Made by a program: the position numbers and the translations under genes. Shown piece after piece: positions 18,954 to 29,183 of a stretch of DNA of 35,587 nucleotides. The stretch comes from an uncultured virus (IMG/VR IMGVR_UViG_2724679122_000005). Taxonomy: Duplodnaviria > Heunggongvirae > Uroviricota > Caudoviricetes. The notes under the pieces are model-generated. The model made no database searches. It was not told where the DNA came from and saw only the letters and a program-made list of their open reading frames with translations. Numbering within the stretch: the first letter of the stretch is position 1; every line of letters starts with the position of its first letter. The stretch lies in the IMG/VR virus record IMGVR_UViG_2724679122_000005; one strand, 5' to 3'.

Positions 18954-20654
18954 ATGACTGCAAAACTACCAGACTGGACAACTGCCTGCCCAGATTGGGC
19001 AGATCGCATCGTTAAAGGTCAATCTTTGATGCCATGCAAGCCACTATTTCAGGATGTGGCAGATGTGGCATTAAGAACATTCAACTCTTTAAAAGTTGTT
19101 GATGTTCTTGATTCTCCAGAAATGGGGGAGATTGTACGGAAGTGGGTTACAGAGTTTGTTGCTGCAATTTTTGGAGCGTATGACAAGAAGTCAAAACGCC
19201 GATTGATTAATGAGTTTTTTCTTTTAATTCCTAAGAAAAATACAAAATCAACAATTGCTGCATTCATTATGCTCACGGCATTTATTTTAAATAGCCGGTT
19301 ATCTGCTGAACTCATCATTTTGGCACCAACCAAAGAAGTTGCCGACAACTCTTTTAATCCTATCCGGGATGCGATTAAAGCGGATCCCGAGTTGGATGAA
19401 ATGATGACTATTTCTGAGCACACCAAAACAATTACGCATCAAGGAACGCAAGCAACCCTCAAAGTTGTTGCTGCTGATGACAAGTCAACAGGTGGTAAAA
19501 AAGCTTCATGGATTTTGGTTGATGAGCTGCATTTATTTCAAACCATGTCCAATGCTGGTTCGATGTTTCGTGAAGCAACTGGTGGTTTGGCATCTCGTCA
19601 CGAGGGTTGTTTGATTTGGTTGTCAACACAATCAAAAGAGCCGCCTTGTGGAGTATTTAAAAGCAAGCTTGATTATGCCCGCGATGTTCGTGACGGGAAG
19701 ATAATTAATAAAAAATTCCTCCCTCTGATTTATGAATTTCCAGATGAAATGATCGAATCAGAAGAATATAAGGACCCAGCAAATTTCCATATACCTAATC
19801 CAAATTTTGGGACAAGTGTTGACCCTGAGCAGCTATTAGATGATTTCGAAAAGGCAAAATATGCAGGCGAAGACGACCTAAAAGACTTCTATGCTAAGCG
19901 CCTTAATGTACAGATCGGCATGAATTTACGTGCTAATCGCTGGGCAGGTGCAGACTTTTGGGAGAAAAAAGAGGTTGTTTTTGACCTTGATTATCTAATT
20001 GAACAATCAGAATGCATCACTGTGGGTTTTGATGGTGGTGGCCTTGATGACCTGTTTTCAATGTATGCCATTGGGCGAGACAAAAAATATCACACTTTAT
20101 GGCGTGGTTGGTCAAAGTCTTGGCTTCATCCAATTGCCTTAGCGCGAAGAAAAGAAAACAAGCAAAGAATGGATGACTTTATTGCTGCTGGTGAACTGGT
20201 CATTGTTGAAAATATTGGTGATGACGTTTCACAAGCTGGTCTGATCGCCAAGCGAATTTTTGACACTGGCAAGATGCCTAAACAGGGTTTTGGTCTTGAT
20301 CGTCTAGGGATGCCGTCACTTGTAGATGGCTTGTTAGAGTCGGAAATCCCTGAGACTGCATTAATCGCCGTCAAACAAGGTTTTGAGTTGTCGGGTTATG
20401 GGATGACTTTAGAGCGCAAGCTTGCTGCAGGAACCTTTATTCCAGCTAAACAAGAGCTAGTTAAGTGGGCGGTTAGTAACGCAAAAGGAAAAATTTCAGG
20501 TAATGCACTAATGATTACAAAGCAAGAATCTGGCAAGGGAAAGATTGACCCTGTGATTGCAATGTTTAACGCCGCTGCTTTGATGTCAAGCAATCCTGAG
20601 CCTGCCAATCGCGTTGATATTGACGAATACTTAGAGGATGTCGTGATAGCATGA
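18954..20654 (+). CDS. terL: Terminase large subunit
   Basis: Walker A variant IPKKNTKST, Walker B WILVDELH, nuclease motifs VGFDGGGLDDL and KIDPVIA. Confidence 0.95.
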   Translation: MTAKLPDWTTACPDWADRIVKGQSLMPCKPLFQDVADVALRTFNSLKVVDVLDSPEMGEIVRKWVTEFVAAIFGAYDKKSKRRLINEFFLLIPKKNTKSTIAAFIMLTAFILNSRLSAELIILAPTKEVADNSFNPIRDAIKADPELDEMMTISEHTKTITHQGTQATLKVVAADDKSTGGKKASWILVDELHLFQTMSNAGSMFREATGGLASRHEGCLIWLSTQSKEPPCGVFKSKLDYARDVRDGKIINKKFLPLIYEFPDEMIESEEYKDPANFHIPNPNFGTSVDPEQLLDDFEKAKYAGEDDLKDFYAKRLNVQIGMNLRANRWAGADFWEKKEVVFDLDYLIEQSECITVGFDGGGLDDLFSMYAIGRDKKYHTLWRGWSKSWLHPIALARRKENKQRMDDFIAAGELVIVENIGDDVSQAGLIAKRIFDTGKMPKQGFGLDRLGMPSLVDGLLESEIPETALIAVKQGFELSGYGMTLERKLAAGTFIPAKQELVKWAVSNAKGKISGNALMITKQESGKGKIDPVIAMFNAAALMSSNPEPANRVDIDEYLEDVVIA

Positions 20655-21877
20655 GTACCACACAAGAGCCGGGGTTTTGGTCCCGCTTCTGGTCACGATT
20701 GACTGGAAATACACAATTACAAAAAGGCGATTCGTCTTATCTATTTGATAGTTATTTATCACCCGGTGGATCGGTTGTCACACCTGAAACGGCTTTGAAG
20801 CTTTCTGCAGTTTGGGCATGTGTAAAATTAAGAGCTGAAACTATCTCAACTCTTCCTTTACAGCTGTACGACAACAATAAACGTCTTGCTACTGATCATT
20901 ACCTTTACCGTATTTTGCACGATTCACCCAATGCCGATATGTGTGCAAGTGAGTTTTGGCAAGTTCAAGTTGCTTGTGTTGACTTATGGGGGAATGCATA
21001 CAACCTTATTACAAAAGACTCAAGCGGAAAAGTAATTGCTCTTGAGCCACTTTTCCCGAGTGGTATGGTTGTAAAACGTAATGATTTGGGAGCGATTGAT
21101 TTTCATTACACTGAAAATGGGAAAACAACAACCTATTCGGAAGACCAAATCTTGCATTTCAAGGGTTTTACTCTTGATGGGCTTGTTGGTTTATCTGCTA
21201 TTCAGTTTTTTGCTCAAACCATAGGCATGCAGTTCGATGCAAACAATCAAGCTCAAGACTGGTTTAAAAATGGCTTAAAGGTTGGCGGCTTTTTGGAGAC
21301 TGGAGAGCAAACTTTAACTAAAGAGCAGCGTGAAAGACTAAGAAACCATTTAAGTGAGTTCAGTAAACCTGAGAATGCTGGTAAGTACATGGTGCTTGAA
21401 GCTGGAATGAAGCTTTCTGGCTCAAATAGTATTCGAATCAATCCCGTTGATGCCCAGTTACTTGAATCTCGTTATTTTGGCATTGAAGAAATATGCCGCG
21501 CCTTTGGTGTTCCACCTCAGTTAATTGGTCATACAAACAAAGCAAGCTCATGGGCTTCAAGTCTTGAGCAGACTAATAGGGGGTTTTTGACCTATTCACT
21601 TAATCCGCAATTAGTTCGATATGAGCAGACAATCACAAAGAGATTGTTTTTACCAAGTGAAAAATACAAATACAGACCAAAATTTGCCGTTGAAGGCTTA
21701 TTGCGGGCCGATAGCGCTACTCGCTCAGGGTTCTACACAAACATGATTCAAAACGGTGTCATGACCCGTAATGAAGTGCGGGATTTAGAAGATTTAGCGC
21801 CTTTACCGGGTGGCGATGAGTTAATGGTTCAAATGCAAATGGTCGGCTTGAAAGATCAGGGGAAAACCAGTGGATAG
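20651..21877 (+). CDS. Portal protein, HK97 family
   Basis: SAVWACVK..AETISTLP, LWGNAY, QILHFK..DGLVGLS, EICRAFGVPP, MTRNEVR. Confidence 0.95.
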   Translation: MSTTQEPGFWSRFWSRLTGNTQLQKGDSSYLFDSYLSPGGSVVTPETALKLSAVWACVKLRAETISTLPLQLYDNNKRLATDHYLYRILHDSPNADMCASEFWQVQVACVDLWGNAYNLITKDSSGKVIALEPLFPSGMVVKRNDLGAIDFHYTENGKTTTYSEDQILHFKGFTLDGLVGLSAIQFFAQTIGMQFDANNQAQDWFKNGLKVGGFLETGEQTLTKEQRERLRNHLSEFSKPENAGKYMVLEAGMKLSGSNSIRINPVDAQLLESRYFGIEEICRAFGVPPQLIGHTNKASSWASSLEQTNRGFLTYSLNPQLVRYEQTITKRLFLPSEKYKYRPKFAVEGLLRADSATRSGFYTNMIQNGVMTRNEVRDLEDLAPLPGGDELMVQMQMVGLKDQGKTSG

Positions 21878-22532
21878 ACTTAAACTAACTTTAGAAATCA
21901 AAGCCACCCAAGAGGGTGGCTTTTTTTCTGGCTACTTGGCTGCTTTTGACAACCTAGATTCACATGGCGACATCATCCGCAAGGGGGCTTTTGCCAAAAC
22001 CCTTCAAGAGTGGAAAGCAAAAGGCAAGTACCCAGCAATCTTTTGGGACCACAACCCGTCTGAACCAATTGGAATTTTCACCGAAATGCGTGAAGACGAA
22101 AAAGGGTTGTACGTAGAAGGTCGTCTCTTAATTGACGATGTGCCGCGCGCTAAAGCTATTTATGCGCTGATGAAGGTCGGCGCGATTGATGGCATGTCCA
22201 TTGGCTATATCACCAAGTCTTATAGACGCGATCCAGACTCACTAATCCGCGAACTGCTGGAACTGGAGTTGGTGGAGGGTTCAATTGTTGCCTTTCCTTC
22301 CAATCCAGAAACCCTAATCAGTTCCGTCAAATCCAAATTACAAGATGGCGAGCTGCCATCCCTACCAGAATTTGAAAAGTTCCTGAGAGAGTCAGGATTT
22401 TCAAAAACGCAAGCCACTGTCATCGCTAGTAAGGGTTTGCGTCATCTTTTGAGCGAGTCAGAGGGTGAAAACGAAAAAGCGAAATCAATTTCAAATGCCT
22501 TAAATATTTTACGAGGAATCAGCAATGACTGA
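21870..22532 (+). CDS. Prohead maturation protease, HK97 family
   Basis: FSGYLAAFDNLDSHGDII.KGAF, WDH, GMSIGY, ELVEGSIV.FP; GTG start. Confidence 0.93.
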   Translation: MDRLKLTLEIKATQEGGFFSGYLAAFDNLDSHGDIIRKGAFAKTLQEWKAKGKYPAIFWDHNPSEPIGIFTEMREDEKGLYVEGRLLIDDVPRAKAIYALMKVGAIDGMSIGYITKSYRRDPDSLIRELLELELVEGSIVAFPSNPETLISSVKSKLQDGELPSLPEFEKFLRESGFSKTQATVIASKGLRHLLSESEGENEKAKSISNALNILRGISND

Positions 22533-23697
22533 AAAAACTTTAGAACAACTCGCTCAAGAGTTCCAAAAACACGTTGATACAGTTAAAGAAATCGCCGAAG
22601 AGTTCAAAGGCAAACAAGCAAAAAGTGAAGAAATCTCACAAAGCGCCAAAGATAAAGCGGACGAAGCTTTAACTACGTTAAATGAAGTTAAAAACAAACT
22701 GACAGAACTGGAGCAGAAAGCTGCACGCCGTGGTAATGGTGATGTTGAAACTAAAAAGCAAACCATGGGTGGTGAGTTTGTTGAAACTACAGAATACAAA
22801 AATGCTGCAGAAAGTCAGTATCGTGGAATTCAGCGTGTTGAGCTGAAGAACACAATTGGTACGACTGAGGTTGGAAAAATTATTCCGGCCACCAATCTTG
22901 GTTTGCAGTTACCAAACCAAATGCGCCTTACCATCCGCGACATTTTGGCAGGTGGCAGCATGAGCGGGAATCTCATTGAATATGTTCAAATGAAAGAATT
23001 CACCAATAATGCAGCAGTAGTTGCAGAAGGTGCAAACAAGCCAGAATCTGGAATTACATTTGAAGATAAAGATGCCAAAGCAGTTGTAATTGCTCACTGG
23101 TTAAAAACGACCACTCAAATGTTAAGTGATGCACCAGCATTGCAGTCATTCATTGACAACATTTTGCGCCATGGTCTTGACATCAAGCTTGAAAAGCAAA
23201 TTCTTGCTGGTGATGGAACCAATGGCAATATGCTTGGCTTAATCCCTCAAGCGACTGCTTATGCTCCGCCTGCAGGTGCTCCAGCAACGCCAAACATGTT
23301 TGATGTATTGCGTTTTGCAATGCTTCAAGTTGTATTGGCCGATGACTTTGCAAACGGCCATGTACTCAACCCAATTGACTGGGCGTTGATGGAAACGCAA
23401 AAAGATGCAAACGGCAACTACATCATCGGGAATCCGCAATCACAAGCGGTTCCAACATTATGGGGCTTGCCTGTAGTTCAAACCGCTGCAATGGATGCAG
23501 GTAAATTCTTAACAGGTGCATTCAATACTGCAGCTCAATACTTTGAGCGCTGGGGTGCTGCTGTGCAAATCGGTATGCAGGGCGATGATTTCACATCAAA
23601 TAAACGTACCTTACTTGCTGAAACCCGTGGAGCATTAGCTGTTTATAAGCCTAAATCGCTTGTATATGGCTCTTATACTCCTGCTACGGGTGGTTAA
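22525..23697 (+). CDS. Major capsid protein, HK97 fold
   Basis: Coiled-coil delta domain, VAEGANKPES, QILAGDG, LWGLPVV, LLAETR. Confidence 0.95.
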   Translation: MTEKTLEQLAQEFQKHVDTVKEIAEEFKGKQAKSEEISQSAKDKADEALTTLNEVKNKLTELEQKAARRGNGDVETKKQTMGGEFVETTEYKNAAESQYRGIQRVELKNTIGTTEVGKIIPATNLGLQLPNQMRLTIRDILAGGSMSGNLIEYVQMKEFTNNAAVVAEGANKPESGITFEDKDAKAVVIAHWLKTTTQMLSDAPALQSFIDNILRHGLDIKLEKQILAGDGTNGNMLGLIPQATAYAPPAGAPATPNMFDVLRFAMLQVVLADDFANGHVLNPIDWALMETQKDANGNYIIGNPQSQAVPTLWGLPVVQTAAMDAGKFLTGAFNTAAQYFERWGAAVQIGMQGDDFTSNKRTLLAETRGALAVYKPKSLVYGSYTPATGG

Positions 23698-23744
23698 TTC
23701 ATTTTGGGGTGGTGTTCGTCACCATCCCATTTAGAGAGGCCAAA

Positions 23745-23921
23745 ATGAAAGAATATGAAGTTTTACGCCCACACTTTGGAGATAAAGACTACAAAGAGGG
23801 CGATATTCGAACCGCAGATCCAAACGTGGTAAGGCATTTGGTAGAAAATAAAGTTTTACGTGAATACCAAACAAAAGTTGATCCACCAAAACCAGCTACA
23901 AGACGGAATAATTCAAAATGA
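23745..23921 (+). CDS. Small hypothetical virion-associated protein
   Basis: RBS GAGAGG before ATG 23745; overlaps the next gene. Confidence 0.6.
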   Translation: MKEYEVLRPHFGDKDYKEGDIRTADPNVVRHLVENKVLREYQTKVDPPKPATRRNNSK

Positions 23922-24205
23922 TCACACTCGAACGAGCTAAGTTGCAATGTCGAGTTGATCACGATGATGAGGATGTGCTTTTTCTTGAATGGATAGCTCA
24001 AGCCGATGAAGAAATAGCGATCGACATCGACCGAAAAATTATTTCAAATGAGTCAGAAAGAACTTCTGACACGGACATTGTGGACTGCAAGAAGTTAGAT
24101 AATGCCCGGTTGATATTTATTGAGTATAAGTACAGCCGAAGTCTAGAAGGAAAACCTCAAGCATATTGGGATATTTTGCAGCCTATTAGAGAAATGGGGG
24201 TCTAA
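23918..24205 (+). CDS. Head-tail connector (HK97 gp6-like)
   Basis: MITLERAKLQCRVDHDDED motif; synteny. Confidence 0.85.
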   Translation: MITLERAKLQCRVDHDDEDVLFLEWIAQADEEIAIDIDRKIISNESERTSDTDIVDCKKLDNARLIFIEYKYSRSLEGKPQAYWDILQPIREMGV

Positions 24206-24206
24206 T

Positions 24207-24563
24207 ATGCCCAGAATTACTCCAAAACTAAAGCACCGCATCACTATTCAGAAAGCAATTCAAACCCAAGACCAAAACACTGGAAAATTAATCACCTCAT
24301 GGTCTAATTTTGCAACAATTTGGGCAGAAGTTACCGACCTTTCAACAAGGGATGTTATTGCGGCCAAAGCAGCCAATAGCTCGATACAGGCCCGTGCTAA
24401 GGTGCGATATAGCAGCACAACAAAACAAGTTGATAGCACAATGCGGGTTCTTTTTGATGGTTACTTTTACAAGATTGATGGTAACCCTATGCGAGATCCC
24501 GACTCACGCCGTGAGTATTTAACCATCAACTTATCTACAGGCGAAAAAGCATGGAATGGGTAA
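24207..24563 (+). CDS. Head closure protein (SPP1 gp16-like)
   Basis: LKHRITIQ, W..FATIWAEV, MRVLFDG. Confidence 0.85.
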   Translation: MPRITPKLKHRITIQKAIQTQDQNTGKLITSWSNFATIWAEVTDLSTRDVIAAKAANSSIQARAKVRYSSTTKQVDSTMRVLFDGYFYKIDGNPMRDPDSRREYLTINLSTGEKAWNG

Positions 24564-24566
24564 ATT

Positions 24567-25052
24567 ATGACAACTCAAATACATGGCTTGGAGCCTGCAT
24601 TAAGACGAATGCGGGCAATTGGTAATGACAAGACTGTAAAACGTATTGCCCGTAAAGCGATGCGGCAGGCAATGAATATTGCAAGAGATGCAGCTCGTCA
24701 AAAAGTTAAACGCCTAGATGATCCTACCACTCCAGAAAAAATCTGGAAAGAAATTGTGGTTCAAAATGGCCGGAGTAGAAATAAAAACACTTTGGTTATG
24801 CGCGTGGGGGTGCGTGGTGGTGCACGTATCCCATATACAAACAATGCTCAAAATAGACGTGCTGGGCGTGTTGGTCAAACTTACCAAGCGGACGGTCGAG
24901 TCTTTTACTGGCGATTCCTTGAGTTAGGCACAAGTAAACAACCTGCTACTCCATTTTTACGCCCTGCTTTATACGAAAACATTGAACAAGTTACCGATAA
25001 ATTTGTTCAGGTGTTTAATTTTGAACTCAGCGTGGTTTTAGGTGCAGCTTAA
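24567..25052 (+). CDS. HK97 gp10-like neck/tail component
   Basis: FYWRFLELGTSKQPATPFLRPA motif. Confidence 0.88.
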   Translation: MTTQIHGLEPALRRMRAIGNDKTVKRIARKAMRQAMNIARDAARQKVKRLDDPTTPEKIWKEIVVQNGRSRNKNTLVMRVGVRGGARIPYTNNAQNRRAGRVGQTYQADGRVFYWRFLELGTSKQPATPFLRPALYENIEQVTDKFVQVFNFELSVVLGAA

Positions 25053-25423
25053 TGATTGATGTTCCAATTTTTAAATTAGCCAGAGCAGATCCAGCGGTTA
25101 AGGCTCTACTTGAAAACGATAATATTTTACGTGTCTGGAAGTTTGGATTAGCTCCAGATGAGCCAGAAACACCGTATGTTACTTGGCAAACAATTTCTGG
25201 TGATTCAAATAGCAACCTTGATTCACGTCCTGTTTCAGATAATGCAATTATTCAAATTGATGTATATGCAACTGATGAGGAGGTTGTTGAGCAGGTTGCA
25301 AAAGCAATTCGCTTCGCAATTGAACTTGATTGTTATGTGGTTCGTTATGGCGAGGCAGATAAGGACCCCGTAACAGGAATGCCCCACTATTCTTTTGATG
25401 TTAGCTGGATCGTAAACCGCTAA
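25052..25423 (+). CDS. Tail terminator (DUF3168-like)
   Basis: PYVTWQ.IS and IQIDVYA motifs; synteny. Confidence 0.8.
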   Translation: MIDVPIFKLARADPAVKALLENDNILRVWKFGLAPDEPETPYVTWQTISGDSNSNLDSRPVSDNAIIQIDVYATDEEVVEQVAKAIRFAIELDCYVVRYGEADKDPVTGMPHYSFDVSWIVNR

Positions 25424-25448
25424 TAAAACTTAAACCATATTTTCACTT

Positions 25449-25472
25449 AGCACCCATTTCGGGTGCTTTTTT
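25449..25472 (+). terminator. Intrinsic terminator-like hairpin before the tail tube gene
   Basis: AGCACCC-ATTTC-GGGTGCT-TTTTT. Confidence 0.8.
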
Positions 25473-25498
25473 ATGCCTAAAATTAAGGAGCGCTCTTA

Positions 25499-25972
25499 AT
25501 GGCTAATGTTAAAACTCAAAAAACACAGTTATTTACTGTGTTAAATGGTCAAGTGGTTCGTTTTGTTTGCTCTAAACGGATTGACTTGGGGCAAGATTCA
25601 TTTCAAAAAATTGATGTAACTTGTCTTGATGCAGAATCAAAACAGTATGTTCGCGGTATGCGTGATCCTGGTGAAGGTGCAGTAGAAATCGATTACGATG
25701 ATACGAACACCAGTCATGACAAATTAATTGAAATTGCCGAATCCGGAGAGATTTTAGAGTGGCATGTTGGTTCGGGTCATGCTTCCACCGCTCCAACTTA
25801 TGATGCTACTACCGGTATTGATTTGCCAGAGGATCGTATGTGGTGGTCATTCAAGGGTTATATTAATCCTACTGCACCTAATGCATTTGAAGTCGATTCT
25901 GTAGTTGGTTATTCATTCACATTGATTCGTACTTCTGGCGTAACTCCAACTAAACGCACGGTGGCTCCATAA
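25499..25972 (+). CDS. Major tail tube protein
   Basis: KIDVTCLD...YVRGMRDPG and FKGYI motifs; strong RBS TAAGGAG. Confidence 0.85.
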   Translation: MANVKTQKTQLFTVLNGQVVRFVCSKRIDLGQDSFQKIDVTCLDAESKQYVRGMRDPGEGAVEIDYDDTNTSHDKLIEIAESGEILEWHVGSGHASTAPTYDATTGIDLPEDRMWWSFKGYINPTAPNAFEVDSVVGYSFTLIRTSGVTPTKRTVAP

Positions 25973-26487
25973 TGGCTAAGATCAGCATTACAGACTTAAA
26001 GCAGAGTGTAACTACTCTAAACGTTCCAGTTAAAAAAGCCGTCAAGTGGAATGTTGAAGTGACTGAAAGCAATATTGGGTCACTTAAAAAATTGACGAAA
26101 AACAATTCATTAGAACTTGGTGATATTGTTGAGCTTGAAGCTGATATTTTTGTCAAAAAAATGAACTTCAAGGAAAGTCGAGAGGCATCCAAGGCAATTG
26201 AATGGGATCTTAATTATAAGAATCTTGAGGATTCAAAGGTTAAGAAAATCGACTCAACTCACATGCAAGCTGCTCAATTACTTGGTTCAATTTGCTCAGA
26301 TCAAAAGGGAACACCTTTTTTCTCAAGAGTTAATGACATCTATAAAGCAGAGCCTAGTTTAATAAATGCTATGTATGCTGCTGCTGATGAAGTTAATAAT
26401 TTTTTGGGAAAGTCTCGGAAGAAGAGCTTGCAGACAGAGAACTCCTCATTGAACTCGTCCTCAACGGAATCGGCGGAAACACCTTAG
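25972..26487 (+). CDS. Tail assembly chaperone (gpG-like)
   Basis: Lies between the tube and TMP genes, with a slippery site near its 3' end. Confidence 0.8.
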   Translation: MAKISITDLKQSVTTLNVPVKKAVKWNVEVTESNIGSLKKLTKNNSLELGDIVELEADIFVKKMNFKESREASKAIEWDLNYKNLEDSKVKKIDSTHMQAAQLLGSICSDQKGTPFFSRVNDIYKAEPSLINAMYAAADEVNNFLGKSRKKSLQTENSSLNSSSTESAETP

Positions 26488-26738
26488 AAGAAGCTGAACA
26501 AAAACTTTCACATAGAGAGTTGATGTATTGGAGAGCCTATCGTCAAAAATATGGCTCTCTTTTCTTTGGTCGCCGGCTAGAGCAAAGCTTTGGAAGCTGG
26601 ATGGCACATTACACAGGCTTCAAAGTTAAAGAGGGAACAAAAGTAGACCCTTATATATTTATGCCTCATGAAACGCCACCAGACGATGACAATTCATTGT
26701 CATTAGAGGAGTATTTTGAGAAGTATCACAGCAACTAA
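26400..26738 (+). CDS. gpT-like extension reached by programmed -1 frameshift (G-T fusion 25972..26738)
   Basis: G GGA AAG at 26406-26412 is in the correct phase; the -1 frame is open as VSEEELADRELLIELVLNGIGG...WRAYRQKYG to the stop at 26738. Confidence 0.85.
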   Translation, partial: FFGKVSEEELADRELLIELVLNGIGGNTLEEAEQKLSHRELMYWRAYRQKYGSLFFGRRLEQSFGSWMAHYTGFKVKEGTKVDPYIFMPHETPPDDDNSLSLEEYFEKYHSN

Positions 26739-26817
26739 TTTGGTGCGGGTTCCCTCGCACTTTATTACTTATGTATGTTATTTTTGATTCATTACTTTGT
26801 TTTATGAACTAAAGATT

Positions 26818-27198
26818 ATGAATCTAGAAAAATTTAGACTTGTTAATAAAGCACTTTTTGCTATAGCTATTGGATGTACATGTGTGCTGGCACACTCAAA
26901 TGTTAATTCAGAAGTAGAAAAAGCAAATGAAGAATCTTGCCGAAATTTAATGAAAGTAGCGGGAATGGCTATGAAAGCTCGACAGGATGGCACACCCTTA
27001 GAAGCAATGTTGCAAGCTATAGATATAGCCAAGAAAGATGGACTTAGCAACGAGGGTGGCGAATCTTTTCGGCAAATATTGATTGATGCATATAGCCAGT
27101 TAGAGTATTCCTCTCAGGAGTACAGACAACGGGCAATCAATGACTTTTCTTCAAAGTACTATGTTAATTGTATGAAAGGCTATGGAGCCACTCCATAA
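26818..27198 (+). CDS. Moron A: predicted exported/periplasmic protein
   Basis: Signal-peptide-like N-terminus (ALFAIAIGCTCVLAHS), two mature-domain Cys and its own terminator; start codon uncertain. Confidence 0.65.
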   Translation: MNLEKFRLVNKALFAIAIGCTCVLAHSNVNSEVEKANEESCRNLMKVAGMAMKARQDGTPLEAMLQAIDIAKKDGLSNEGGESFRQILIDAYSQLEYSSQEYRQRAINDFSSKYYVNCMKGYGATP

Positions 27199-27221
27199 AA
27201 ATATTTCCTAAATTTAAAAGT

Positions 27222-27248
27222 AACCACCGCTAATCACGGTGGTTTTTT
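27222..27248 (+). terminator. Moron A terminator
   Basis: AACCACCG-CTAATCA-CGGTGGTT-TTTT. Confidence 0.8.
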
Positions 27249-27266
27249 ATTGCCCGGAGAAAAGAA

Positions 27267-28678
27267 ATGGCTACAAATTCACTTGGCAGATTAACACTGG
27301 ATCTGGTGGTTCAGACGGCTAGTTTTTCAGAGCCACTAAGTAGAGCTGAACGGCAGGCGCGAACATCGAGTCAAGGGATTGCCAATTCTTTAAATATTGC
27401 TGCTATTGCTGTAAGTGCATTGAGTGGAGCAGTGGCTGGTCTTTCAGTGACTCAGCTTGTTAATTTTAGTGATCAAGTTATTCAGACTGGAAATGATATT
27501 CAAAAGTTTTCAAAGCTTGCGAATGCTTCAGTGCGTGAATTTCAGTATTACGCCAAAGGGGCAGAAACTGCTGGAATTTCATTGGAATCTTTTGCAGATA
27601 AAATGAAAGACATGCAGGATCGTATAGGCGATTTCCAACAAACTGGTGGTGGGCCTTTAGCTGACTTTTTCACAAATATCGCCCCTAAAGTTGGTGTAAC
27701 TATTCAACAGTTTCAAAAGCTGTCCGGTCCAGAAGCACTTCAACTATTTTATAACTCATTGGAAAAAGCTGGAGCCTCTACCAATGATATGAAATTCTAC
27801 ATGGAAGCAATCATTTCAGATTCTTCTTTACTTATCCCATTGCTAGAAAATGGTGGTGAAGGATTTAAAAAATGGGGTGACGCGGCTGAAAAAGCTGGTG
27901 CAATCATGTCTGATGATTTAGTTAAAAGCCTAGCTCAAGCAAGAGAAAACCTTCAATTAATGGATTTACAATGGCAGGGAGTCGAGGCAAGACTTGTAAA
28001 TAATGTTGTTCCTGCTATCGAAACAGTTATAGAGAATTGGGATGATATTAAAGCGGTAACTATTGCCGTATCTGCTGGCATTGCAACTAGATTTGTTCCT
28101 GCTTTGGTTGTCGCAACATATCAACTTGGGCAAACTGCTATTTTTGCAGTTCGTGCGGGCGTGGGCTTAGCAAGCTTTGCAAGATCTGCTGGCGCTACAG
28201 CTGGAGTCATGGCTTTACTTGGTGGTCCCGCTGGATTGGCAATGTTAGCAACACAAATTGCTGTAGCTGGTGGTGCATATTATCTAATGACTCAACAGAC
28301 TAAGGACGCTACAGAGGCGCTGAGTGACCAAGGTCTTACAATGGATGAGTTAAAGGAAAAATATAAAAGCTTTACCGCAGCACAGTTAGCTATAAAAGGT
28401 ATTGAGGCAAGTGAGGAGGTTGAAAAACAAACCAAAGAACTAAAAAGTCTTCTTACAGCGTTAGAACAATTTGAAAACGACTTGAAAGTTCAAGGTGATA
28501 TTAAGCAATTTACAGCGATTCAAGCGTACCTTGCTAGCTTAAAACAAGGTGGGGATGAGGCTAAGAATGCTTTTGCGGAGCTTCAAAAACAAGGCTTGGT
28601 TAGTGAGAGTACACTTAAGTTTGTTGCAGAATTAGATACAAAAATTAATGCTGCAAATAACTCTATAGATCGTCAAAA
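27267..28678 (+). CDS. Tape measure protein, N-terminal part, allele A
   Basis: SLGRLTLDLVVQTASF N-terminus; Ala-rich helical sequence; runs into the gap. Confidence 0.9.
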
Positions 28679-28778
28679 NNNNNNNNNNNNNNNNNNNNNN
28701 NNNNNNNNNNNNNNNNNNNNNNNNNNNNNNNNNNNNNNNNNNNNNNNNNNNNNNNNNNNNNNNNNNNNNNNNNNNNNN

Positions 28779-29107
28779 AAGTCTCGGAAGAAGAGCTTGC
28801 AGACAGAGAACTCCTCATTGAACTCGTCCTCAATGGAATCGGTGGAAGCACTTTAGCAGAAGCCGAATTAAACATTAGTCATAAAGAGTTGATGGAATGG
28901 AGAGCCTATCGTCAAAAATATGGCTCTCTTTTCTTCGGTCGCCGTTTAGAGCAAAGCTTTGGAAGCTGGATGGCACATTACACAGGCTTCAAAGTTAAAG
29001 AGGGAACAAAAGTAGACCCTTATATATTTATGCCTCATGAAACGCCACCAGACGATGACAATTCATTGTCATTAGAGGAATATCTAGAAAGGTTCCATAG
29101 TAACTAG
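28779..29107 (+). CDS. gpT-like tail chaperone extension, allele B (5' in gap)
   Basis: Near-identical to 26410..26738; the contig starts inside the slippery site. Confidence 0.8.
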
Positions 29108-29128
29108 CCCTGCCATAAAGTGGGGCAT

Positions 29129-29157
29129 GTGACATTTACATACCGTTTTGTTAAATT
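29129..29157 (+). promoter_or_regulatory. Putative sigma70 promoter of moron B
   Basis: GTGACA (29129-34), 17-nt spacer, TAAATT (29152-57) with TGn extension. Confidence 0.5.
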
Positions 29158-29183
29158 GAAGAAAATTGAAAAACGGTGTGTAA

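Noticed and set aside
19224..19253. Non-canonical Walker A (PKKNTKST) in TerL
   Set aside because: A variant seen in this terminase group; the other motifs are intact
29108..29126. CTGCCATA resembling part of a type I-F CRISPR repeat
   Set aside because: The match is too short and lacks GTTC...GAAA ends; no array or cas genes anywhere in the window
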